Origin: an uncultured Clostridium sp.
GTDB lineage: Bacteria; Bacillota; Clostridia; Ch29
Assembly (NCBI GenBank): GCA_964529035.1
Contig: CAZGUG010000002.1
Coordinates: 19,241 to 83,240, forward strand
Direction: 5' to 3'
DNA: 64,000 nt
The notes under the pieces are model-generated. The model worked only from the letters and a program-made list of their open reading frames with translations. It ran no database searches and was not told where the DNA came from. Positions 8,204 to 17,327 of this stretch are shown piece by piece. The first letter of the stretch is position 1, and each line of letters begins with the position of its first letter. The position numbers and the translations under genes are program-made.

Positions 8204-9418
8204 ATGCCTGTGTACCGGTACAGGGCAAAAAAAACCGACGGACGGTATATAACCGGGGTACTAGATGCCAACAGTGAGACTGAAGTGGTACGCATGTTGA
8301 AGCAAAAGAACCAGTATACCGTTAGTATAAAGCAATACGAAGGCAATAGCAGCGGTATTTGGATAAAAAGAACCTTTGGCAAAGTTAAACAAAAAGACCT
8401 GGCGGTTTTCTGCCGTCAGTTCTCTACAGTAATTAATGCTGGGGTTCCCATATTGACAAGCCTTGATATACTCAGAAAACAGACCGAAAATGCAAGGATG
8501 AGGCAGACTGTGGGAGAACTGTACGAAGAAGTGCAAAAAGGTAACAGCCTGTCTTCGGTTATGGCAGTCCATGGGGAAGTTTTTCCTGAACTGCTGGTCA
8601 ACATGATAGAGGCCGGAGAGATTAGCGGTACTCTTGACTGTGTTATGGAAAGGATGGCAGACCATTACGAGAAGGAGTACAGGATAGGCCAGAAGGTGAA
8701 GAACTCACTGGTTTACCCTTCACTTATTGCAGTGGTTGCCCTGTTTGTAATCATAATGCTTGTTGCTGTTGTGCTTCCCACCTTTATAAGCATATTTGAG
8801 GACATGGGAGCGACTCTTCCACTGTCCACCCGGCTGCTTATTTTCTTCAGCAGTGTAATTACAGAATGCTGGCCGATGCTTCTTGCATTGACAGTGGTAT
8901 TATGCATTGTCTTTAAATTATATTCAAAAACAGAAAACGGCAGAGAGCTGATGGATACCTTTAAAATTAAGGCTCCAATAGTGGGCCGTGTCAACAAAAA
9001 GGTGATCACTGCACGTTTTGCAAGAACCCTCGGGGCCCTTACATCAAGCGGCATATCACTGCTGGAAGGCATAGAAGTGGCAAAGAAGGTGGTGGGAAAC
9101 GCGGTATTGCGGAAAGACCTTATCCAAGTGGAGGAGGACGTAAAAAGGGGCAGGGGTTTGGCTGAGCCCTTAAGAAACGTAAAAATATTACATCCCATGC
9201 TGATACAAATGGTTAAGATAGGGGAGGACACCGGTACCCTGGACTATATACTTGTAAAAACTGCGGATATATTCGACGACGAGGTGGAGAGTGCCGTTAC
9301 CAGGATGACCACACTACTGGAGCCCGCCATAATAGTAGTAATGGCGGTGGTGGTTGGGTTTATTGTGGTATCCATCGTGATACCGATGTTCGATATGATG
9401 ACAAATTTGAAGTTTTGA
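8204..9418 (+). CDS. pilC: Type IV pilus platform protein PilC (GspF family)
   Basis: Two GspF repeats, three transmembrane segments, about 400 aa. Confidence 0.85.
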   Translation: MPVYRYRAKKTDGRYITGVLDANSETEVVRMLKQKNQYTVSIKQYEGNSSGIWIKRTFGKVKQKDLAVFCRQFSTVINAGVPILTSLDILRKQTENARMRQTVGELYEEVQKGNSLSSVMAVHGEVFPELLVNMIEAGEISGTLDCVMERMADHYEKEYRIGQKVKNSLVYPSLIAVVALFVIIMLVAVVLPTFISIFEDMGATLPLSTRLLIFFSSVITECWPMLLALTVVLCIVFKLYSKTENGRELMDTFKIKAPIVGRVNKKVITARFARTLGALTSSGISLLEGIEVAKKVVGNAVLRKDLIQVEEDVKRGRGLAEPLRNVKILHPMLIQMVKIGEDTGTLDYILVKTADIFDDEVESAVTRMTTLLEPAIIVVMAVVVGFIVVSIVIPMFDMMTNLKF

Positions 9419-9454
9419 TACACTGTTGTTGGATTGGAAAGGAGTGGATTCAGA

Positions 9455-9859
9455 ATGACTATGTACATAGCCGGGCCTATTAATCAAAAAAAGAAGGATA
9501 AAAGGGGTTTTACTCTGGTAGAACTGATGGCGGTACTGGCGGTGCTGGCAATTATAGCGGCAATAGCAGTGCCGCGGTTTACCGGCACGATAAATGCTGC
9601 CAAGGTCAAAGCCGACGAATCCTCTGCCCTGATAATAGCAAGGGCAGCAGAGCAAAAGTGGCTGGATGACGGAGAAAAAAATAAAAAAGAATATACTTCT
9701 ACCGAATTACATGAAGATGGGTATTTAAGAAAAGCATATACAGCACAGCATCCTGACCACGAAGGCGAAGAATTTGTAGCGATTGTTAATAAAAATGGTG
9801 TGTGTAATGAAGTACACTATGACAGCGCAAGTGGTGATATTGTAGGGGAGAATAAATAG
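9455..9859 (+). CDS. pilA: Type IV pilin (prepilin-type N-terminal cleavage/methylation domain)
   Basis: The leader is ...KKKDKRG followed by FTLVELMAVLAVLAIIAAIAVP, with G-1/F+1 and E+5. Confidence 0.75.
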   Translation: MTMYIAGPINQKKKDKRGFTLVELMAVLAVLAIIAAIAVPRFTGTINAAKVKADESSALIIARAAEQKWLDDGEKNKKEYTSTELHEDGYLRKAYTAQHPDHEGEEFVAIVNKNGVCNEVHYDSASGDIVGENK

Positions 9860-9907
9860 AAGACGGAATTTAAAGTCAAAGTGCGGAATGAAGGAGGATA
9901 GGGTATC

Positions 9908-10654
9908 ATGCAGTATGCGGTTTCCTTTATACTAGGCCTTGTAATTGGCAGTTTTTTAAACGTATGCATACACAGGATTCCTAGTGGAAAATCTGTGGCA
10001 TTTTCCCCTTCCTGCTGCCCGGACTGCGGCGAAAGGATCAGAATGCGGCATATGGTGCCGATTGTAAGCTATATATTACTCGGGGGCAGATGCAGCTGCT
10101 GCAGAATAAAGATTTCACTGAAATATCCACTGGTGGAGCTTTTGACAGGGGTTCTGTTTGTTTTATTGATGTATCGGTTTGGCCCCGGTATGGAGTTTTA
10201 TAAGTACTCATTCCTTTTATCTTTGCTAACTGCTGCAGGGTTTATTGACTTTGAACATCAGATTATTCCGGATATTTTGGTAATTGCCGGTATTACTGCC
10301 GGGACAGGCTTTATGTTTATTGATATGAGACATCCTCATATCTTCTATATAGCGGGAGGTTTGCTGGGAGGCGGTGTACTGCTTGCTGTTGACCTTGTTT
10401 CAAGGGGTGGAATGGGAGGCGGAGATATAAAGCTTATGACGGTGATTGGTTTGTTCCTGGGCTGGCAGAGCACACTGCTGGTTTTGTATCTGGCATTTGT
10501 TACCGGCGGTATGGCCGGCGTGTTGATGCTTGTTTCAGGCAGAAAGAACAGAAAGGATGCAGTCCCCTTTGGACCTTTTATCGGAGGGGCGTCGGTTGCC
10601 GCGGTGTTTTTTGGACATCAATTAACAGCCCGATATCTGTCATTTTTTTACTAA
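9908..10654 (+). CDS. pilD: Prepilin peptidase PilD (A24 family)
   Basis: N-terminal zinc-binding CPDC...CSCC, a polytopic membrane protein, and a catalytic Asp in GGGDIKLM. Confidence 0.85.
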   Translation: MQYAVSFILGLVIGSFLNVCIHRIPSGKSVAFSPSCCPDCGERIRMRHMVPIVSYILLGGRCSCCRIKISLKYPLVELLTGVLFVLLMYRFGPGMEFYKYSFLLSLLTAAGFIDFEHQIIPDILVIAGITAGTGFMFIDMRHPHIFYIAGGLLGGGVLLAVDLVSRGGMGGGDIKLMTVIGLFLGWQSTLLVLYLAFVTGGMAGVLMLVSGRKNRKDAVPFGPFIGGASVAAVFFGHQLTARYLSFFY

Positions 10655-10660
10655 TACGGG

Positions 10661-11122
10661 GTGATTATGATGAAAACAAACCGCAGCACCGGACTGACTA
10701 TATTGGAACTGCTGACGGTTATGCTCATTATATCAATAGCTTCAGCGGTAGCGGTACCAGCGGTCAATGCGGCATTGGAAAGGGCCGCCGGGAATGCGGC
10801 ATTAAGAGAGCTGGTTACAGATTTGAGGTACGCACAGCAGATGGCCCTCTCAGATGGCAGTAATTATTATATTACGTTCAATAAAAGCATGCAGACATAT
10901 ACAATAAGCGTAGCGGGACAATTTGATCAGGAAATTATTAAGCAGGTGACGTTACCGGATGGTATTAAGCTGCTTGGGACAAATTTCGCAAACAATAAAC
11001 TTTACTACACTGATTTGGGATCTCCATCGGCGGGCGGCAGGATAGAGCTTTCGGATAGAAAGGGTAAGGTAATAAAAATTACAGTTCTTCCTGCTACCGG
11101 AAGGATCAGGGTGTATGAATGA
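10661..11122 (+). CDS. Minor pilin / pseudopilin (FimT/GspH-like)
   Basis: Class III signal: G followed by LTILELLTVMLII. Confidence 0.6.
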   Translation: MIMMKTNRSTGLTILELLTVMLIISIASAVAVPAVNAALERAAGNAALRELVTDLRYAQQMALSDGSNYYITFNKSMQTYTISVAGQFDQEIIKQVTLPDGIKLLGTNFANNKLYYTDLGSPSAGGRIELSDRKGKVIKITVLPATGRIRVYE

Positions 11123-11132
11123 GGTGGGTTAT

Positions 11133-11900
11133 ATGGCTTTCAATAGAAAGGGTAACGGAGGTTTTTCGCTGGTGGAGGTGTTGGTGGCGCTGGCAATACT
11201 GGGTATTGTAATAACTCCTGTTATAGGTGTTTTTGCGGCGGCATCCAGGAGCAACCAGAAAAGCTTAAGCAACACCCGGGCCCTTACAGTGGCAAGGGAT
11301 ATTATGGACAGGATTAAAGCCGGTGATATTAATAAATCAAACAGCAGTCAGGAGATAGCAAGCTACAAGGCACAGTACGGCGTTGAAGTATACCTGCCGG
11401 AAATCGAAACCTGTGAAAACAACACACTGGGTATGCTTAATGTATATGTTGCACCGCAGACCGGCAGCGACCCGCAGACAGAAGGTATAATGCTGGCGTC
11501 CTATGCAACCAATGTCTTTACTGACGAGATTGATACAACTCATTACGGACATGGGTCAGGCGAAGACAAACAGGACCCGCCCGGAGGCGAAAAAGGCAAG
11601 GAACCGGACGAACTCTGGAGCGCCTACTACAAATACGCAGAAACGATAACAACTGTAGCTCCCTATACGAAACCCACCATTTTGGTACTTCCCTACATTC
11701 TGTTTGACAAGGTATCCGAAATAGTGACTATGGAACAGGCAGTAAAGGCAAGCCATACCATTTTGCTTACTGCCAGGAAAATTCCACCTAACAACAAACT
11801 GACCTGGGGTTACCTGGTAAACGAAGTGGAAAGCTATTATGAATTCAGGTTAAACCCCTATGATTACAAGAAATACCGGCCGTATGGGCCGCCAGGCTGA
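11133..11900 (+). CDS. Minor pilin (PilV-like)
   Basis: MAFNRKGNG followed by GFSLVEVLVALAILGIV. Confidence 0.6.
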   Translation: MAFNRKGNGGFSLVEVLVALAILGIVITPVIGVFAAASRSNQKSLSNTRALTVARDIMDRIKAGDINKSNSSQEIASYKAQYGVEVYLPEIETCENNTLGMLNVYVAPQTGSDPQTEGIMLASYATNVFTDEIDTTHYGHGSGEDKQDPPGGEKGKEPDELWSAYYKYAETITTVAPYTKPTILVLPYILFDKVSEIVTMEQAVKASHTILLTARKIPPNNKLTWGYLVNEVESYYEFRLNPYDYKKYRPYGPPG

Positions 11901-11937
11901 ACCGGATGCATACAGAATATAAAGGGTGGATTTGGAA

Positions 11938-12405
11938 ATGAAGCATTTCAATAACAAGCAGGGCTTTTCCATAATTGAACTGCTCATGGCCCTTGGTTTG
12001 ACAGGAATTGTAATAGCCGCAGTTTTCATGGTCTATTATTCCGGAACAAAGGCGTGGAACAGGGCCGAAAACCAGGTTGAGGTTCAGCAGAACCTGAGGA
12101 TAGCAATGGATGTTTTAAGTACAGAGATAAGAAAGGCCGATTACTTTGAGATTCTGAAGAACCAGAGGGAGATTGTACTGGTATACGGTAATGGAAATAC
12201 AAAATCCTATAAATTCCACCCGGCTTCCGGCGAAATCAGGATTTCCCAAAGTAATGCAGCGGTGGCTATGCATATTGAGGATTTAAAGTTTTCATACCGA
12301 AACGGGCTTATTAAAATACATATAACAACAAAGGCAATGGAAGGTATAGGGCAAAAGGAGTATACCTTCAGCATTAATGCCAGGGGGAAGATACATGATG
12401 GTTAA
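11938..12405 (+). CDS. Minor pilin (PilW-like)
   Basis: MKHFNNKQG followed by FSIIELLMALGLTGIV. Confidence 0.6.
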   Translation: MKHFNNKQGFSIIELLMALGLTGIVIAAVFMVYYSGTKAWNRAENQVEVQQNLRIAMDVLSTEIRKADYFEILKNQREIVLVYGNGNTKSYKFHPASGEIRISQSNAAVAMHIEDLKFSYRNGLIKIHITTKAMEGIGQKEYTFSINARGKIHDG

Positions 12406-12922
12406 AGATAAGCGCGGGTCGGTTCTTGTAATGGTTATGCTGTATACCCTGGTTTTAATCATACTGGGCACTTCAATCCTGGGTGTGGCCGCCAGCGAGT
12501 ACATAATGGAGATGGCACATAGAAAAAGGGTTAAATCGTATTATATAGCCGAAGCAGGAATAGAAAAAGCCATATATCATATTACGCAAATGAACATCAT
12601 AAACCCGGAAACAATAAGGGGGGCCCGGTGGGATATGGGAGCGGAGGACATTGGGCTTGTTGAACCAGGTGCCCGGGGAGACTTTACTGTGACTGTGAAA
12701 GAGGCAGCACTTTATGATGTTATATATACCGACGAGGGCGAAGACAAAAAGGTACATAAACGGATATTCGATATAGTGATTAGGTCACTGGCACACTATA
12801 ACGGAACTCCGGCGGTGGTGGAAGCCCATGTTCTGGCGGAGGATTACGAGGAAAAATCAACACAAAACAAGGTTCAGATATATCACTGGAGACAGGTAGG
12901 GAGGGTAGAGGATGAAGATTAA
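12395..12922 (+). CDS. PilX-like minor pilin / pilus assembly protein
   Basis: MMVKDKRG followed by SVLVMVMLYTLVLIILGTSILGVAASEY. Confidence 0.5.
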   Translation: MMVKDKRGSVLVMVMLYTLVLIILGTSILGVAASEYIMEMAHRKRVKSYYIAEAGIEKAIYHITQMNIINPETIRGARWDMGAEDIGLVEPGARGDFTVTVKEAALYDVIYTDEGEDKKVHKRIFDIVIRSLAHYNGTPAVVEAHVLAEDYEEKSTQNKVQIYHWRQVGRVEDED

Positions 12923-13184
12923 AAACTATATGGAGGATGTTGTTGTTCATTATCTGTTCAATATAATCAAGGACAAGGATGATATCTGCAAATGTGATAA
13001 ATGTCTCAATGATATTGCGGCTATTGCACTGAACAATCTAACACCCCACTATGTGGTGTCAGAAAAGGGCGAGCTGTATTCAAAGGTACTGAACATGTCT
13101 ATACAGTTCGAAGCCGATGTGACAACGGCAATATTGGAAGCTATTGACAAGGTCTCTAAAAATCCAAGGCACTCAAAGGAATAG
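12912..13184 (+). CDS. comFB: ComFB-family protein (late competence development protein ComFB-like, 4-Cys)
   Basis: 90 aa with CKCDKCLNDIAAIALNNLTPHYV, matching the ComFB (PF10719) signature CxC..C and the conserved LPP.Y segment. It sits inside the pilus operon. RBS GGGAGGG at 12898-12904. Confidence 0.55.
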   Translation: MKIKNYMEDVVVHYLFNIIKDKDDICKCDKCLNDIAAIALNNLTPHYVVSEKGELYSKVLNMSIQFEADVTTAILEAIDKVSKNPRHSKE

Positions 13185-13197
13185 TTGAGGTGAAAAC

Positions 13198-14703
13198 ATG
13201 CCGGTCTTCCGTAACAGGGTATTGGCTTTAGACATCGGAAGCAGGAGAATCAAGTGGCTATTGTACCACACAGCCGGGAAAAGGATGGTTGTGATAGAAC
13301 GGGGGATAAAAGAGATACCTCCGGGTTGGGTAAAAAACGGCAGATTAACTGACACTGAGGGAGTCAGTACCAAACTTAAGGAAATACTGGAAGACATTAA
13401 AGGAAAAGTGACAAAGGTGTCACTGTCTTTGGCGTGTCCTGAAATGATTGTAAGGACGGTGGAGCTACCGGAATTAAGTCCAAAGGAACTGAAAAACGCG
13501 GTCAGGTACGAAGTGGGACAGCTAATCCCGACAGGTGCCGGAGAATATATATCAGACTACAGTATACTGGAATATATAAAGCGGGATGGTGCCAGGTACG
13601 TAAGAATACTTTTGGCTGTCATGCCGGTATCTATAATGGGGGAATATTCAGCATTGTTCAAGGGCCTGGGCTTGACACCCCATCTGTTTGATTTTAATGG
13701 CAACTGTGCATCACGGGTAATTAACCTTATGTATCATACCAAGGCAGATAAAAATGTGGCTGTTGTGGATATCGGAGCGGCCTTAACAACCATAACCATA
13801 ATAGAGGATGGAAACCCGGTATTCACAAGGTTTGTCCGGTTTCAGAACTCCAGTGAAGAAAATAGCGGGCCGGAAAACATGCAGAGTATAATGCCACCGG
13901 TTGAGCAGCTATTAAAGGACGTATATCGCACGATTGAGTTTTATAAATCAATAAGCAAAAAAACCATAGATTCGATTGTGCTGGCGGGTGGCGGGAGCTG
14001 CCGAAAAGGTATCAGCGACTATCTGGCGCAGGGTTTGGGGATTAAAAGCATTCGGATGGAAGCACAGCAGCTCCCTGTGTCATTCAACGCTGACTTTTCA
14101 TCGAAGCACTTGGCAGAATTCATTAATGTACTGGGACTGGCCGTCACGCAGGCAAACGGCAAGCGAAAGACATTAAACCTGCTTCCCGAAAAATACAGGA
14201 GCGCTGAAAGAAAAGTCAAAACTGCAAAGGCGATGGCAGTAATTTTAGCCGTTGTGGTTTTGACCGGCTCATTGGTACTGCCTTTCTTTTATGTTGAAAA
14301 GATAAAGAGAGAGGCCACTGACTTGCAGAATATGCTTGACAGAAAGGATACAATAACGGAATACCAAAATAAGCGTGAAGAACTGGCAGGGCTTGCATCC
14401 GAACGGCGAAGGCTGGTCAATATGCTTGAAACGGCAGGAAAAGACTGGCCCCGAATATTTGTGGAAATAGGCAGGCAAACCCCCGGCGGGATAGTCCTTG
14501 CTTCAATGGATTACCGGGACCCGGAAGGGTTAACTATAACCGGAGAAGCCGCTGACTTCAGAACCGCAGCCCTGTTCGCTGTTAATCTGCAAAGATTAGA
14601 CGAAATATCGTCCGCCGAACCTTTAAGCATTTCATTATCCGAGAATAATACCTGTCTGTTTGAAATAAGGTGTATTGTCGGGGGTGAAGCGGATGAAAAC
14701 TGA
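13198..14703 (+). CDS. pilM: PilM-PilN fusion protein (actin-like ATPase PilM joined to the transmembrane PilN domain)
   Basis: The N-terminal ~330 aa carry the PilM/FtsA-like ASKHA fold (LALDIGSRRIKW). Residues ~335-500 hold a single transmembrane segment (AMAVILAVVVLTGSLVLPFFYV) plus a PilN-like periplasmic domain. Confidence 0.8.
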   Translation: MPVFRNRVLALDIGSRRIKWLLYHTAGKRMVVIERGIKEIPPGWVKNGRLTDTEGVSTKLKEILEDIKGKVTKVSLSLACPEMIVRTVELPELSPKELKNAVRYEVGQLIPTGAGEYISDYSILEYIKRDGARYVRILLAVMPVSIMGEYSALFKGLGLTPHLFDFNGNCASRVINLMYHTKADKNVAVVDIGAALTTITIIEDGNPVFTRFVRFQNSSEENSGPENMQSIMPPVEQLLKDVYRTIEFYKSISKKTIDSIVLAGGGSCRKGISDYLAQGLGIKSIRMEAQQLPVSFNADFSSKHLAEFINVLGLAVTQANGKRKTLNLLPEKYRSAERKVKTAKAMAVILAVVVLTGSLVLPFFYVEKIKREATDLQNMLDRKDTITEYQNKREELAGLASERRRLVNMLETAGKDWPRIFVEIGRQTPGGIVLASMDYRDPEGLTITGEAADFRTAALFAVNLQRLDEISSAEPLSISLSENNTCLFEIRCIVGGEADEN

Positions 14704-15349
14704 ACTTGGTAAATGGAAAAAACACATGGTACTGGCAACCGCGATTGCAGCCTTATTATTCGTGTATCACCAGTATTATCTTTCACCGCTGCTTACGGAA
14801 TATTCAGCGATAAGCGAATCGGTGCGCGAAAGTGAAGAAAAGCTGGACAGCCTTATGGAAACCGAGCGGGAAATAGACTTGCTGCTGGCTGATACAGAAG
14901 AACTGCAGTCGTATATTAACGCCCTGGAAATTCTGGTACCATCCAACTGCCGGGTTCCTGAAATTGTAACGCAGTTGGAAGCCTGTTCCTACAAATCCGG
15001 TACTGTACTGCAAAATATTGTGTTTGATTCCTTTGTTCTGCCTGACGGTGAAGAAAAGCAGCAGAGTGGTTATATTCAGCTTCCGATGCATATTTTCATT
15101 ACGGGCAGCTATGAGAATATAATATTTTTTCTGCAGGAAATTGAAAACTCGGACAGGCTATACAATGTTACGGGGTTCAGTCTGTTCAATAATGGATCAG
15201 GAGCCGGCGGCAGGTTGGGAATGAGTATTGATTTGTGCGCTTACGCGCTGCAGGCCGGCGGAAAACCGAAAGAAACGTCTGCAAGCTATGACTTTGTGGA
15301 AGAGACAAGCGGCAGGGACAACCCTTTCATACCGGTTGACAGCGAATAG
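14693..15349 (+). CDS. pilO: PilO-like pilus assembly protein
   Basis: N-terminal transmembrane segment, coiled-coil and a C-terminal periplasmic domain. The start overlaps the end of pilMN. Confidence 0.6.
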   Translation: MKTELGKWKKHMVLATAIAALLFVYHQYYLSPLLTEYSAISESVRESEEKLDSLMETEREIDLLLADTEELQSYINALEILVPSNCRVPEIVTQLEACSYKSGTVLQNIVFDSFVLPDGEEKQQSGYIQLPMHIFITGSYENIIFFLQEIENSDRLYNVTGFSLFNNGSGAGGRLGMSIDLCAYALQAGGKPKETSASYDFVEETSGRDNPFIPVDSE

Positions 15350-15482
15350 ATGTGTGAAAGGGGACGGGTCCCTACAAGTTACATTTCAAGACGGCTGTCA
15401 AAAAAGCCGTTTTTGTTTATTATTTATATAACAGGTTTGATATAATAACTTGTGAGAATTAATGAGAGAAGGCAAACGGGTA

Positions 15483-16295
15483 ATGAAGAAAAATACGGTA
15501 AGAACAACAAAGATAAATATGACAGGTAAACCGCCTTTGATATGCGTTCCCATAATTTCAGAAGATGTCGGGGGATTAATGGAGCAGGCGGAAGCGGCAC
15601 TTAAGTATGGTGCCGACTTGATAGAGTGGAGAGCGGACGGTTTCGAGTGGTCCCGGCCCGAGCCGGTTTTAAGCACTGTGATGAAGCAGTTGAAAAACGC
15701 TGCAGGCGGTAAGCCGGTTGTTTTTACCTGTAGAATCAATCGCGAAGGTGGAATAACAAGCATCCCGGAGGATATGAGACTGCAGCTTATAGAAAGGGCA
15801 GTGGAGACGGAATTCGTTGATATTGTGGACATCGAGCTGTCTGTCGGACCGAATGTCATAAAGAGGTTTAAAAAGGCGGTGTTAAGGAATGATAAGAAGC
15901 TGATTTTGTCATTTCATGATTTTAAAGACATGCCGAAAGAACGCACAATATTGGACAGGCTGGAAGAGGCCCAGAGGCTGGGAGCGGATATCGCAAAGGC
16001 CGCAGTAACAACCCGCGACCCCAAAGACATGATAAGCCTGTTTAATACCGTATACAGGGCAAAAACCGGGAGGGTGGGCATACCGATTGCGGTTATGGAT
16101 ATGGGACGTTTTGGACCTTTAAGCAGAGCGGCGTTAGGATTTTTCGGTTCGGATATGGTCTATGCTTCAGGAAGTGTATGCTCGGCTCCCGGCCAGATAT
16201 CGGTTGGTGAACTGCGCTCTGTCTGGAAGTGCCTGTATAAGAACTGCGATGGGAGGGACCCGGATGATTGTAGTAATGAACGCCCATGCCGGTAA
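15483..16295 (+). CDS. aroD: 3-dehydroquinate dehydratase, type I
   Basis: PLICVPII...ADLIEWRADGF...; the C-terminal region is consistent with the Schiff-base lysine family. The start is uncertain (15462, 15483 or 15519). Confidence 0.8.
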   Translation: MKKNTVRTTKINMTGKPPLICVPIISEDVGGLMEQAEAALKYGADLIEWRADGFEWSRPEPVLSTVMKQLKNAAGGKPVVFTCRINREGGITSIPEDMRLQLIERAVETEFVDIVDIELSVGPNVIKRFKKAVLRNDKKLILSFHDFKDMPKERTILDRLEEAQRLGADIAKAAVTTRDPKDMISLFNTVYRAKTGRVGIPIAVMDMGRFGPLSRAALGFFGSDMVYASGSVCSAPGQISVGELRSVWKCLYKNCDGRDPDDCSNERPCR

Positions 16296-17277
16296 CCAGG
16301 AAAGGGACAGGATATTGAAACTGGCTGAGGATATGGGACTCAAATACCAGGTATATGGTTTGAAAAACAGCAGTGTTATTGCCATAGAGGGTGATGAAAA
16401 AAGTAGCAAAATACAGCAGTTTGAAGCCTGTGACGGTGTTGATAGAGTTGTGGCTGTCACCCATCCGTTCAAACTTGCCAGCAGGGATGTCGTTGGGCGT
16501 TCAACTGTTATAAAGGTCAACGGGGTAGAGATAGGTGGCGGCAGTATTGTGGTTATGGCGGGTCCCTGTGCTGTTGAAGGAAGGCAGTTAATAAATAGCA
16601 CTGCACTGTCTGTCGGTAAAGCAGGGGCGGCGATTTTGCGAGGGGGAGCCTTCAAGCCCCGTACTTCGCCCTACAGTTTCCAGGGTCTTGGAGAAGAAGG
16701 GCTGATATATCTCAGGGAGGCGGGCAGGCTCTGCGGCATGCCGGTGGTTTCGGAGGTATTGGCCCCGGAGGATGTGGAGCTTGCGGCAAAATACACGGAT
16801 ATACTTCAGATAGGCTCAAGAAATGCCCAGAACTACCCGCTGCTTAGGGAAGTTGGGAAGTCAAAAATGCCGGTACTTTTGAAAAGGGGAATGATGAATA
16901 CCATAGAAGAATGGATTATGTCGGCGGAATACATACTCTCTGAAGGCAACTGCAGCGTTATTCTGTGTGAGAGGGGAATAAGAACCTTTGAAAGGTATAC
17001 AAGAAATACTTTGGACTTGAGCGCAGTGGCCGTGGTGAAAAAATTAAGCCACCTTCCGGTTATAGTAGACCCGAGCCACGGTACCGGTCATTGGAGTTAT
17101 GTTGAGCCGATGGCCTTGGCGGCGGTTGCAGCCGGAGCCGACGGACTATTGATAGAAGTCCACCCCGAACCCCACAAAGCCCTTTCGGACGGCCACCAGT
17201 CTTTGAATATAGACAGGTTTGGGTTGTTGATGGAAAAACTTGCTCCGGTGGCACTGGCGATAGGCAGAAAAATCTGA
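16264..17277 (+). CDS. aroF: DAHP synthase, class I-beta, with an N-terminal ACT-like regulatory domain
   Basis: KDO8PS-like barrel motifs GPCAVE, KPRTSPYSFQG and VDPSHG, preceded by a ~75-aa ferredoxin-like domain. RBS GGGAGGGA sits upstream. The gene overlaps the end of aroD by 32 nt. Confidence 0.8.
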   Translation: MIVVMNAHAGNQERDRILKLAEDMGLKYQVYGLKNSSVIAIEGDEKSSKIQQFEACDGVDRVVAVTHPFKLASRDVVGRSTVIKVNGVEIGGGSIVVMAGPCAVEGRQLINSTALSVGKAGAAILRGGAFKPRTSPYSFQGLGEEGLIYLREAGRLCGMPVVSEVLAPEDVELAAKYTDILQIGSRNAQNYPLLREVGKSKMPVLLKRGMMNTIEEWIMSAEYILSEGNCSVILCERGIRTFERYTRNTLDLSAVAVVKKLSHLPVIVDPSHGTGHWSYVEPMALAAVAAGADGLLIEVHPEPHKALSDGHQSLNIDRFGLLMEKLAPVALAIGRKI

Positions 17278-17327
17278 AAGTATAATCGAAAAATACTGTA
17301 ATAAGAATTAGGAGATGTTAATGCGTT

